Assembly (NCBI GenBank): GCA_902514645.1
Contig: CABXRO010000003.1
Span: 1,068 to 65,067 of the forward strand
Reading direction: 5' to 3'
DNA from: an uncultured SAR86 cluster bacterium
GTDB lineage: Bacteria; Pseudomonadota; Gammaproteobacteria; Magnimaribacterales; AG-339-G14
DNA length: 64,000 nt
Part shown: positions 54,203-63,022 of the stretch, piece by piece
Numbering within the stretch: the stretch's first letter is position 1
Layout of the letters: every line of letters starts with the position of its first letter
Program-made: the position numbers and the translations under genes
Notes under the pieces: generated by a model
Told to the model about the DNA's origin: nothing
Seen by the model: the letters and a program-made list of their open reading frames with translations, nothing else
The model's database searches: none

Positions 54203-55687
54203 TCATGAATTAACTTTGCCTTTAATGAAGAAAGACAGAACTATTAAGACTGCTGCCAAGATCAAATAGTAATAAATCAATTCAGAGAATATTGGGGTCA
54301 TACTACTCAAGCCGGATTCGGTTGCTTCTCCGCCAAACAATCCCGCAAGTACTCCTCCAAGAGAGGAAGCTAAAAACCACAAACCCATCATTTGGCCAAG
54401 ATATTTTTTAGGTGAATATCTGGAAAATGCGGACAAACCAACTGGCGATAAAGCGAGTTCACCAAAGGTATGAAGAAGGTAAGTTAAGAGTAACCATTGA
54501 ACTCCTACTGGTGCCTCCACCATCGCATACTGCACAGCATAGAGCATCACAATAAAACCAAGTCCCATAAAAATTAACCCAATGGCAAATTTAATAGGTG
54601 TATTGGGATTTAAATTTCTTTTGCCTAAAAAGACCCAAAGATAAGCAAAGAACGGTGCAAACATCACCACAAAAAGCGGATTTAAAAATTGCGTCCAACT
54701 GACAGGTGCTTGAAAAAGGCCAAAAGTAAGGTTTACATAATCTCTGGTAAAAATTGATAATGAGCCTGCAGACTGATCAAAACCAGACCAAAAAGCAGCC
54801 GCTCCCACAAATAACAGTAAAAGCATTAATACGTTTTTCTTTTCAAAGCTAGTAAGACCTGCAAAGAAAAACAAGTACCCAAAATAAATAAATGAGATTA
54901 AAACCAAAAAGTCTCGAAAACGCTCGGCAAAAAATACCGGGTCAATACTCCAAAACCCAAGGACTCCTGAGATGACTACTGCAGCAAAAAACAAAACCGT
55001 AATAATGGTCCAGAGTCTTAAAGTGCTTCTGCGCCCTTCTGCCATCTCATTCGGATTTAAGCCGGCAGTTCCAAGCTGACTTCTAAAATAAACAAATTGA
55101 ATGACGCCAAAGAGCATACCAATGCCTGCAGCGCCAAAACCCCAATGCCAGCCGATACGCTCGCCCAGATAACCGCAAACAGCAAAACCGAGCATGCTAC
55201 CGATATTGATCGACATGTAAAAAATGGTGAAACCGGAATCTCTTTTCTCGTCTTGATCGGTATAAAGCTGACCCACAATGGAGGAGATATTGGGTTTTAG
55301 AAGACCGGTACCAATAGCAACAAAAGCTAGTCCAAGAATAAAAGTCTCTTCCAATGGAATCGCCAAAGTGAAGTGTCCCAACATGATGATGAGCGCCCCA
55401 TATAGCACGGCCTTTTGATAGCCCAGTAAGTTATCTGCGAGCCAACCACCGGGTAATGCTAAGAAATAAACCATGCCAGCATAGATGCCATATATGGCAT
55501 TGGCTTCAACGTTTGACCAACCAAGTCCTGGATTACCAACCACGCCAATGGTCATGTAGAGCACAAGGAGTCCGCGCATGCCATAATAGGACATTCGCTC
55601 CCAGAGCTCGGTAAAGAATAAAGTTCTTAAGCCAATGGGATGACCGAAGAAATTTCTTTGTGATAGATTAGCTTCTTGTTCAGACAT
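54203..55687 (-). CDS. POT/PTR-family proton-dependent oligopeptide transporter
   Basis: FFGHPIGL, ELWERMSYYGMR (ExxER), GGWLAD, GTGLLKPNIS, FYMSINIGS, GELALSPVG. Confidence 0.96.
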   Translation of the reverse strand: MSEQEANLSQRNFFGHPIGLRTLFFTELWERMSYYGMRGLLVLYMTIGVVGNPGLGWSNVEANAIYGIYAGMVYFLALPGGWLADNLLGYQKAVLYGALIIMLGHFTLAIPLEETFILGLAFVAIGTGLLKPNISSIVGQLYTDQDEKRDSGFTIFYMSINIGSMLGFAVCGYLGERIGWHWGFGAAGIGMLFGVIQFVYFRSQLGTAGLNPNEMAEGRRSTLRLWTIITVLFFAAVVISGVLGFWSIDPVFFAERFRDFLVLISFIYFGYLFFFAGLTSFEKKNVLMLLLLFVGAAAFWSGFDQSAGSLSIFTRDYVNLTFGLFQAPVSWTQFLNPLFVVMFAPFFAYLWVFLGKRNLNPNTPIKFAIGLIFMGLGFIVMLYAVQYAMVEAPVGVQWLLLTYLLHTFGELALSPVGLSAFSRYSPKKYLGQMMGLWFLASSLGGVLAGLFGGEATESGLSSMTPIFSELIYYYLILAAVLIVLSFFIKGKVNS

Positions 55688-55690
55688 AAT

Positions 55691-56107
55691 ATGAATTCTA
55701 CTCTAGATTATAAACCAGCTGGCTTCTTCAGGAGAATGGTTGCCTTATTTTATGATCTGATTTTAATCATTGCCCTTTGTGTGGGTTTCACACTACTTAT
55801 TACTTATGCATTAAATACCGAGGTAGAAAGTCCTTTGATGTATTTGGCTTTTTTAGCTTTAAGTATTGGCTTTTATTGTTACTTCTGGAAAAAAAATTCA
55901 GGACAAACTTTAGGGATGCAAGTTTGGAAAGTTCGTCTAACTCAAGAAAATAAGTCAGATATTAGTCTAATTAGGATGATCTATCGCTGCTTATTGGGAT
56001 TAATCTTCACCCTTCTTTTCGGATTGAATTATTTACCGATGCTTTTCCGTAAAGATAAGAAAACTTTAAACGATATCCTTTCAAAAACTTTTTTAGTAAG
56101 AGTTTAA
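55691..56107 (+). CDS. RDD-family membrane protein
   Basis: AGFFRRMVALFYD, GQTLGMQVWK, TLNDILSKT; typical neighbour of lptG. Confidence 0.9.
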   Translation: MNSTLDYKPAGFFRRMVALFYDLILIIALCVGFTLLITYALNTEVESPLMYLAFLALSIGFYCYFWKKNSGQTLGMQVWKVRLTQENKSDISLIRMIYRCLLGLIFTLLFGLNYLPMLFRKDKKTLNDILSKTFLVRV

Positions 56108-57144
56108 ACGCGTCGAATGATTCTTATCCCAAAGTAAAGCAGAATCAAAGAAGATAGCAGTATCCCCCAAAAAGCGCTCCAACCTAGAATCAATGAAATA
56201 TTTCCAAAGATTTTAATTAAAAGATTAAAGCCAAAAGCAATTAAGATTCCCAAGACAAATCGGTCAATACTTTTATCTCTACCGATAGCTCTTAAGGAGA
56301 TGCCTAACGCAAAAATGATGAGACAAATTAGCGAGACTGGTTCGAGCAGTTTTTTCCAAAATTCGTAACCTATTTTATTTCGATCAGCTACCTCATTTAT
56401 AGACTGCCAGTAATAAAAGTTTTCGGTCAGAGACATGTCTTTGAAACTTTTGTTGTAAAAATCCATCGCTAGCTTGGGAGCACCCTCCCAAACGAAATCT
56501 GATTTACTTAAGTTTTCTTTGTAATCGTTAACTTCTTTAATAACCCATTCATCATCAACTATTTCCAAATTCTTTGAAAGAACAATGCTGCCAACATCCC
56601 CATTCTCATCAAGATCATACATTTTTACTTCCTTAGACAAGCCATTATCTGTAACTTTGGAAAATCTATCGTCTTTAAAAACCCATTGTTCTTTTACGTT
56701 AGATAAATTTTTTGCTGGTTCAAATTTATATTTATTAGCCTCTTCATTAAGATTGGGGATAAAAAATTGCCAAGAAATTAACATCGCAATCATTCCCAAA
56801 AAGACAGGTTTTAAAACTGCAATTATTATTGTGGAAAGTTTTTTGCCAGAAACTCTCGCCGCAATTAATTCACCTGAATCAGAGATCGCTCCTATACAAA
56901 TTATGGTCGAAACAATTGCACTCAAAGGGAAAATATCGAATAAAGCGTCTAATGACGAGAAGGATAAGAATAGAAAGATTTTATCAAGAGTATAAAAATC
57001 ATTAAGGTCTTCGAACTCTTTTAAAAAAGACAGGATTATATCCAATAAGAAAAAGATGCTAACTGTAAGAAATAAAAAACGCCAAGCATACTTTGAAAAA
57101 AGATTATCTAAGGTATCTCCAAAAATAAGATTATAAAAAGACAT
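56104..57144 (-). CDS. lptG: LPS export permease LptG
   Basis: FPLSAIV, SGELIAARVSG, EFWKKLLEP; follows lptF. Probable start is ATG 57144. Confidence 0.85.
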   Translation of the reverse strand: MSFYNLIFGDTLDNLFSKYAWRFLFLTVSIFFLLDIILSFLKEFEDLNDFYTLDKIFLFLSFSSLDALFDIFPLSAIVSTIICIGAISDSGELIAARVSGKKLSTIIIAVLKPVFLGMIAMLISWQFFIPNLNEEANKYKFEPAKNLSNVKEQWVFKDDRFSKVTDNGLSKEVKMYDLDENGDVGSIVLSKNLEIVDDEWVIKEVNDYKENLSKSDFVWEGAPKLAMDFYNKSFKDMSLTENFYYWQSINEVADRNKIGYEFWKKLLEPVSLICLIIFALGISLRAIGRDKSIDRFVLGILIAFGFNLLIKIFGNISLILGWSAFWGILLSSLILLYFGIRIIRRV

Positions 57145-58285
57145 AAAATACCAAATAAGAAAATACGGTTGCAATGAGAAATAGAACAAAAAGATATATC
57201 ATGAAATTTCTTGAATATTTCAAACCTCCAAGATTTAAACTTAGATTTGAATAATTTTGATCGAAAGCCATCATCATGGCAGCAACCAAGTAAATGCCAT
57301 GAATGCTAAAAAAAACAATTGTTGAGTTTAGCGAAAAATTACTAAATGCTTCCTGAGAAAGCGAGAGTCCATAATAAGACATAAAAATAATAAGTCCTGA
57401 AAGAAAAATATAAAAGCGCCCAGAGTCTTTCAATCTCATTGTCAGTGATGCTGCTATTAGAGCTGAAATGATGATGATCAAAGGCATTGAAGAGCGTTTT
57501 AGTAATTCAATTCGTTCTAAATCTTTTGCGAAAAATAATTCGTGAAAATATTTTCGCTTTAAATCTTCAACATTGAGAATTGGCTTTTTTGGTAAAATTA
57601 AAAAGAATTCATCAAAGCTAAAGTCTAATGGCATGGCTTCAGACAAAATAGAGAACTTACCCGACTCAAAAGATATTCGGTTTTCTTTTTCATTTAAGGG
57701 TTTTGAAATTAACTCATCCGCAGTCAATACAAATTCCGATTCATTGATCTCGAAACTCGAAAAAACATTTTGAAAACCCCTATCTGAAGCTTTCTTAGCA
57801 TAAAAAATTGCATTGAGATCATCAAGGACATTTATCTTTTCTGCTCCCATTAATTTGAACCTATCAGAAAATCTTTCAACTTCGTTTAAAAATGCAAGCT
57901 TATTGTTAGAAAGAGGAGTGAGATAAAAAGAGATCAATGCAACAAAAAGAGCAAAAAATACAGCTGGAATACAAGAAATTAAGACGACCTTTCGTTTGCT
58001 AAGACCCATTTTAGAAAAAGCCAATAATTCGTTATTTTGATCTAGGCGATAAATAGCAATGATGGTCCCTATAAAAACACTTAAAGGAAGAACAACCTCA
58101 ACAATTTCAGACATGCTGTAAATCGAAACCAATATCAATAATTCAGGATAAAGCTCTCCGCTTGAGACTTTTTCAAGATAGACCGTGAACTCGTTTAGAA
58201 AAAAAACGCTAAATAAAACAATTAAGGTTAAAAAACTAATCTTAGTTACTTGACCTATTAAATATAATGAAATAATTCTTGGCAT
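57131..58285 (-). CDS. lptF: LPS export permease LptF
   Basis: VLPLSVFIG, RLDQNNEL...MGLS, YLTP; divergent from pepA as in gammaproteobacteria. Confidence 0.85.
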   Translation of the reverse strand: MPRIISLYLIGQVTKISFLTLIVLFSVFFLNEFTVYLEKVSSGELYPELLILVSIYSMSEIVEVVLPLSVFIGTIIAIYRLDQNNELLAFSKMGLSKRKVVLISCIPAVFFALFVALISFYLTPLSNNKLAFLNEVERFSDRFKLMGAEKINVLDDLNAIFYAKKASDRGFQNVFSSFEINESEFVLTADELISKPLNEKENRISFESGKFSILSEAMPLDFSFDEFFLILPKKPILNVEDLKRKYFHELFFAKDLERIELLKRSSMPLIIIISALIAASLTMRLKDSGRFYIFLSGLIIFMSYYGLSLSQEAFSNFSLNSTIVFFSIHGIYLVAAMMMAFDQNYSNLSLNLGGLKYSRNFMIYLFVLFLIATVFSYLVFYVFL

Positions 58286-58347
58286 TGCTATTATATTTTT
58301 AGGGTATTATCCCACATGTTTAACAGTAAATTTTGTATGGAGAAGAA

Positions 58348-59844
58348 ATGAAGAAATTATTAAATCAATCAATATCATCAAATAAAAAGTTAAATTTCAA
58401 AAAAGATAAGTTTCAAACTTTAATTATTGGTGTAAGCGAAGCCAAAACTCTTGATGGCGATTTGAAAGAAATAAATGAAATTAGCAATGGCATAATAAAA
58501 AAACTTATTTCCAGAGAGGAGATTACAGGAAAGATTGGGAATAGCGTTTATTTGCCTGCCATTAGTGGCGTCAATGCTGAAAAATCTTACTTCGTCGGAT
58601 TAGGTAAGAAAAATAAAAAGATTTCTGAGGTGGAATATTTCAAAATTTGTCAATCAGTTTCAAGCGCTGCATTAGCTTCAAAATCCGTTTCAGTTAAAAT
58701 AATTATTCCTGAAATTTCTGTAGAAAATAGAGATATCAATTGGACAGTTGAAGTATTGGGCAGACATCTAGAAGCTTCAAGTTATCAATACTTTTTTAAA
58801 GGCAAAAAAAATCAACCTAAAAATGTTTTAAAAAAGGTGGAAGTATTTATTGATTCAAAAAAATTAGGTCTATCCGGAGCATTTAGAAAAGGTCAAATCA
58901 TTGGAACAGGTAGTAATTTCAGTAAAGAGCTTGCGAATACCCCTGCAAACATTTGTACCCCGACGCATCTTGCAAATCAAGCTCGCGCCTTATCTAGAAA
59001 CTTTTCTACAATAAAAACCAAGGTTCTTGGTGAAAAAGAAATGAAAAAATTAGGTATGGACTGCCTTTTATCCGTTGGAAACGGTAGCGTACAAGAATCG
59101 AAACTGATTATCATGAATTATGCTGGTGGTAAAAAGGACGAACAGCCTCATGTAATTGTTGGAAAAGGAATTACCTTTGATACGGGAGGAATAAGCATTA
59201 AACCTTCTCGTGCTATGGATGAAATGAAATATGATATGTCTGGAGCAGCTAGTGTTTTAGGCACAATGAGAGCGATTGCTGAATTGAAACCTAAGAAAAA
59301 TATTATTGGTGTAGTAGCTTCAGCAGAAAATATGCCAAGTGGTACTGCAACAAAACCGGGAGATGTTGTAAGTACAATGTCAGGTCAAACTGTAGAAATA
59401 CTAAATACAGATGCCGAAGGTAGATTAGTTTTGTGTGATGCCCTTACTTATGTCGAAAGATTTAAGCCAGCTAGTGTTATTGATATCGCAACCCTAACGG
59501 GTGCTGTAATTGTTGCTCTTGGGCATGAAGCTACAGGCGTCATGTCAAACGATCAAAAATTGGCTGATAAGATTCTTAGTTCGGGAATTACAAGTGGTGA
59601 TAAAGCTTGGCAATTACCTCTTTGGGATGAGTACCAAGGTGGTTTAAAAAGCAGATATGCTGATATAGCAAATATTGGTGGTTCAGCCGGTACAATAACA
59701 GCTGCTTGTTTTCTTTCAAGATTCACTGAAAAGTATAAGTGGGCACATTTAGATATAGCGGGAACAGCTTATGGAATTGGAGGACAAAAGGTATCTTCCG
59801 GAAGACCTGTTCCTCTCTTGTCTGAATACCTACTCAGTGCATGA
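58348..59844 (+). CDS. pepA: Leucyl aminopeptidase (M17)
   Basis: VGKGITFDTGGISIKP, MKYDMSG, NTDAEGRLVL, DIATLTGA, WAHLDIAG; GGAG SD before ATG 58348. Confidence 0.97.
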   Translation: MKKLLNQSISSNKKLNFKKDKFQTLIIGVSEAKTLDGDLKEINEISNGIIKKLISREEITGKIGNSVYLPAISGVNAEKSYFVGLGKKNKKISEVEYFKICQSVSSAALASKSVSVKIIIPEISVENRDINWTVEVLGRHLEASSYQYFFKGKKNQPKNVLKKVEVFIDSKKLGLSGAFRKGQIIGTGSNFSKELANTPANICTPTHLANQARALSRNFSTIKTKVLGEKEMKKLGMDCLLSVGNGSVQESKLIIMNYAGGKKDEQPHVIVGKGITFDTGGISIKPSRAMDEMKYDMSGAASVLGTMRAIAELKPKKNIIGVVASAENMPSGTATKPGDVVSTMSGQTVEILNTDAEGRLVLCDALTYVERFKPASVIDIATLTGAVIVALGHEATGVMSNDQKLADKILSSGITSGDKAWQLPLWDEYQGGLKSRYADIANIGGSAGTITAACFLSRFTEKYKWAHLDIAGTAYGIGGQKVSSGRPVPLLSEYLLSA

Positions 59845-60284
59845 TCCAAGAAATAATTTTTATTTCTGCAGGAGAAGATGAAAAAGAAGCCATAAGTTTC
59901 TTACTTAAGTTTGTTGAAGAAAAGTTTTTAGAACTCACATCCTCCCCCGAAAATAAAATTAACCTGAGGTGTAATGATGCTGCTCAAGCTAATGAACTCG
60001 ATAAGAAGCTATGGGATGACATTAATGAGGTTTTTTTAGCTCATAAAATTTCTAACGATGCAAAGCTACCCTCTTGTCCTGTAGAAATATCTTACCCAGG
60101 CATTAAAGTAAAAAATGATTTTTCAACTTTGATCAATCTAAATCCAAAATTACCTCCAGATTATCAGGACTACGATACTGTGTTTCAAATTGTCATAAAA
60201 GATAATGCTACTTTGCAAAATCAGGCAAGAGAGAGCTTCAAACAATGTAAAATTGATGGATTGGATCCCACTTACATCAACTAA
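59841..60284 (+). CDS. holC: DNA polymerase III chi subunit (diverged)
   Basis: ELDKKLW...FLAH motif; lies between pepA and valS. Confidence 0.8.
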   Translation: MIQEIIFISAGEDEKEAISFLLKFVEEKFLELTSSPENKINLRCNDAAQANELDKKLWDDINEVFLAHKISNDAKLPSCPVEISYPGIKVKNDFSTLINLNPKLPPDYQDYDTVFQIVIKDNATLQNQARESFKQCKIDGLDPTYIN

Positions 60285-60286
60285 AA

Positions 60287-63022
60287 GTGAAAAAAACTTA
60301 CAACCCAAAAAATTTAGAAAAAAAATGGTATAGATTTTGGGAAAAATCTGATTTTTTTAAACCTACTTATAAATCGAAAAAAACTTTTTCCATTATGATT
60401 CCGCCACCAAATGTGACCGGTAGCTTGCATATGGGTCATGGGTTCCAAAATACCTTAATGGATATTATGACGCGACTGAAAAGGATGCAGCAATATGATG
60501 TCTTATGGCAAGTAGGTACGGACCATGCGGGTATCGCAACACAGTTGGTTGTTGAAAAAAAACTTGAAGGCGAAGGCAAGACAAGAGAATCCCTTGGAAG
60601 AAGTAAGTTTGAGAAAGAAATATGGAAATGGAAAAAGTACTCTGGCAATACCATTACCAAGCAACTTAGAAGACTTGGTTCTTCGGTAGATTGGTCTTCT
60701 GAAAAATTTACCATGGATGCTGACTTCAGCGATGCAGTATCGGAAGTATTTTGTAAGCTCTTCGATGAGGGTCTGATTTATAAAGGATATAGACTCGTTA
60801 ATTGGGATCCCTCTTTGCAAACTGCGCTATCAGATCTTGAAGTTTCTAATGAAGAAGAAAGCTCTTTTATCTGGAACATAAAGTACGAACACGAAAAAGG
60901 TTATTTAATAGTAGCAACTACTCGGCCAGAAACTTTATTGGGAGATATGGCTGTTGCCGTAAATCCCAAAGACAAAAGATATAAAAAACTTATCGGCAAA
61001 ACAGTTAAATTGCCGCTAACTGATAGAGAGATACCTGTTATTGCTGATGACTATGTTGATATGTTGTTTGGTACTGGTTGTCTAAAAGTAACTCCAGCTC
61101 ATGACTTCAACGATTTTGAAATTGGCAAGCGACACAAACTCGAGTTTTTAAATATTTTAAACAAAGACGGAACTTTGAACGAAAACGTACCGAAGAGATA
61201 TCAGAATTTAAAAATGCTAGAAGCTAGGAAAATTATCATCGAAGATCTAAATCAAGCAAATTTAATGATGGGAAGTGAAAAGCACAAACTTGCAATTCCT
61301 CGTGGTGAAAGAACAGGAGAAATTTTAGAACCCTATTTGACCGAACAATGGTATTTGAAAACAAAAAATTTAGCTCAAGAAGCTTCGAAATTAGTTAGAA
61401 ACGGTAAAGTTCAATTCGTGCCTAAAAATTGGGAAAAAACTTTCTTCAATTGGATGAAAGATATTGAAGATTGGTGTATCAGTCGTCAATTGTGGTGGGG
61501 ACATAGAATTCCAGCTTGGTACGATGAGAATAAAAAAGTTTATGTTGGAAAGTCCGAAGCAGAAGTGAGAAAGAAAAATAAAGTTTCTGGAACCCTAATG
61601 AGGGATGAGGATGTACTGGACACCTGGTTTTCCTCGCAATTGTGGACTTTTGCTACTTTAGGTTGGCCGAAAAAAACCAAACAACTTAAAAAATTCCACC
61701 CTACTTCCATATTGGTTACGGGTTTTGACATCATATTTTTTTGGGTAGCCAGAATGATCATGATTTCGCAAAAATTTCTTAAAGAGCCTCCTTTTAAAAA
61801 GGTTTTTATTCATGGACTGGTAAGAGATTCAGAAGGTCAAAAGATGTCCAAGTCAAAAGGAAACATAATTGATCCAATTGACGTAATTGATGGAATCCCT
61901 CTGAAAACTTTAATAAAGAAAAGAACTGAAAACTTAATTGTGCCAAGCTTGAGGGAAAAAATTGAAAGAGTTACAAAGAAAGAATTTCCTTCTGGAATAC
62001 CTTCTTTCGGAACAGATGCTCTTAGACTTACTTTTGCATCTTTGGCATCGGGAAGTAGAGACATAAACTTTGATGTTAAACGAGTTGAAGGTTACAGAAA
62101 CTTTTGTAACAAGTTATGGAATGCCTCAAGATTTATCAAGCTGCAATGCAAAGGATATAAAAAATCAAAGAAATTAAGTGATGATCCGATCGATAACTGG
62201 ATAAGATCTGAATTCAACAAGAGTTTAGAAAGTTATGTTGATCATATTGATAACTCAAGATTCGACTTGGCTACACAAGTTCTCTATGAATTCATTTGGG
62301 AAAAATTTTGCGATTGGTACATAGAGTTCTGCAAAATTAGACTTAATGATCAAAGTATTGCTAAGGCCGAGAAAGCCCAAATAAAAAATTCCTTGTTAGA
62401 TGTTTTTGAAAAGACACTCAAATTAGCTCATCCCATGATGCCTTTCATCACAGAAGAAATTTGGCAATCTTTTAAAGTAACGTTTAATGCAAAGGAAAAG
62501 AGTATTATGATTTCCAAACTTCCCACCAAATATTTAGGAGCCTCTAGCCTGAAAAATATTGAGTCTTTGAGAACAGTAATTTCAGGTATAAGAAACATAA
62601 GATCTGAAATGCTTATCTCTCCTAAGAAAGATATCACCATCATTGTCGAAAAAAATAGAACTATAAAAAAATTACTTGAGCAGAATAAAAATTATTTACT
62701 TAACTTAACAAGAGTTAAAAAGATCGATTTTCTAAACAAAAATATTCCGCCTTCTGCAATATCTCTTGTGGATGGCACGAAAATACATATTCCATTGCAA
62801 GGTCTTATTAATACCCAATCTGAAATTGAAAGGAATCAGAAAAACCTTGAAAAATTTAACAAATCTTTTCAAGGTTTGAAAAATCAACTGGATAACAAGA
62901 AGTTTCTTTTAAATGCTCCAAAACCACTTATTCAAGAGAGAAAAAGAAATTTAAAAGATATTTCTCAAAAAATTATCACAACCGAAAAACACATCAAAAC
63001 CCTAGAAAAATTAAAAAACTAA
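60287..63022 (+). CDS. valS: Valine--tRNA ligase
   Basis: PPPNVTGSLHMGH, DWCISRQLWWGH, KMSKS, C-terminal coiled coil. Confidence 0.99.
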   Translation: MKKTYNPKNLEKKWYRFWEKSDFFKPTYKSKKTFSIMIPPPNVTGSLHMGHGFQNTLMDIMTRLKRMQQYDVLWQVGTDHAGIATQLVVEKKLEGEGKTRESLGRSKFEKEIWKWKKYSGNTITKQLRRLGSSVDWSSEKFTMDADFSDAVSEVFCKLFDEGLIYKGYRLVNWDPSLQTALSDLEVSNEEESSFIWNIKYEHEKGYLIVATTRPETLLGDMAVAVNPKDKRYKKLIGKTVKLPLTDREIPVIADDYVDMLFGTGCLKVTPAHDFNDFEIGKRHKLEFLNILNKDGTLNENVPKRYQNLKMLEARKIIIEDLNQANLMMGSEKHKLAIPRGERTGEILEPYLTEQWYLKTKNLAQEASKLVRNGKVQFVPKNWEKTFFNWMKDIEDWCISRQLWWGHRIPAWYDENKKVYVGKSEAEVRKKNKVSGTLMRDEDVLDTWFSSQLWTFATLGWPKKTKQLKKFHPTSILVTGFDIIFFWVARMIMISQKFLKEPPFKKVFIHGLVRDSEGQKMSKSKGNIIDPIDVIDGIPLKTLIKKRTENLIVPSLREKIERVTKKEFPSGIPSFGTDALRLTFASLASGSRDINFDVKRVEGYRNFCNKLWNASRFIKLQCKGYKKSKKLSDDPIDNWIRSEFNKSLESYVDHIDNSRFDLATQVLYEFIWEKFCDWYIEFCKIRLNDQSIAKAEKAQIKNSLLDVFEKTLKLAHPMMPFITEEIWQSFKVTFNAKEKSIMISKLPTKYLGASSLKNIESLRTVISGIRNIRSEMLISPKKDITIIVEKNRTIKKLLEQNKNYLLNLTRVKKIDFLNKNIPPSAISLVDGTKIHIPLQGLINTQSEIERNQKNLEKFNKSFQGLKNQLDNKKFLLNAPKPLIQERKRNLKDISQKIITTEKHIKTLEKLKN

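Noticed and set aside
49192-54203. R-M cassette as a mobile element
   Set aside because: No integrase, transposase, terminal repeats or convincing target-site duplication were seen.
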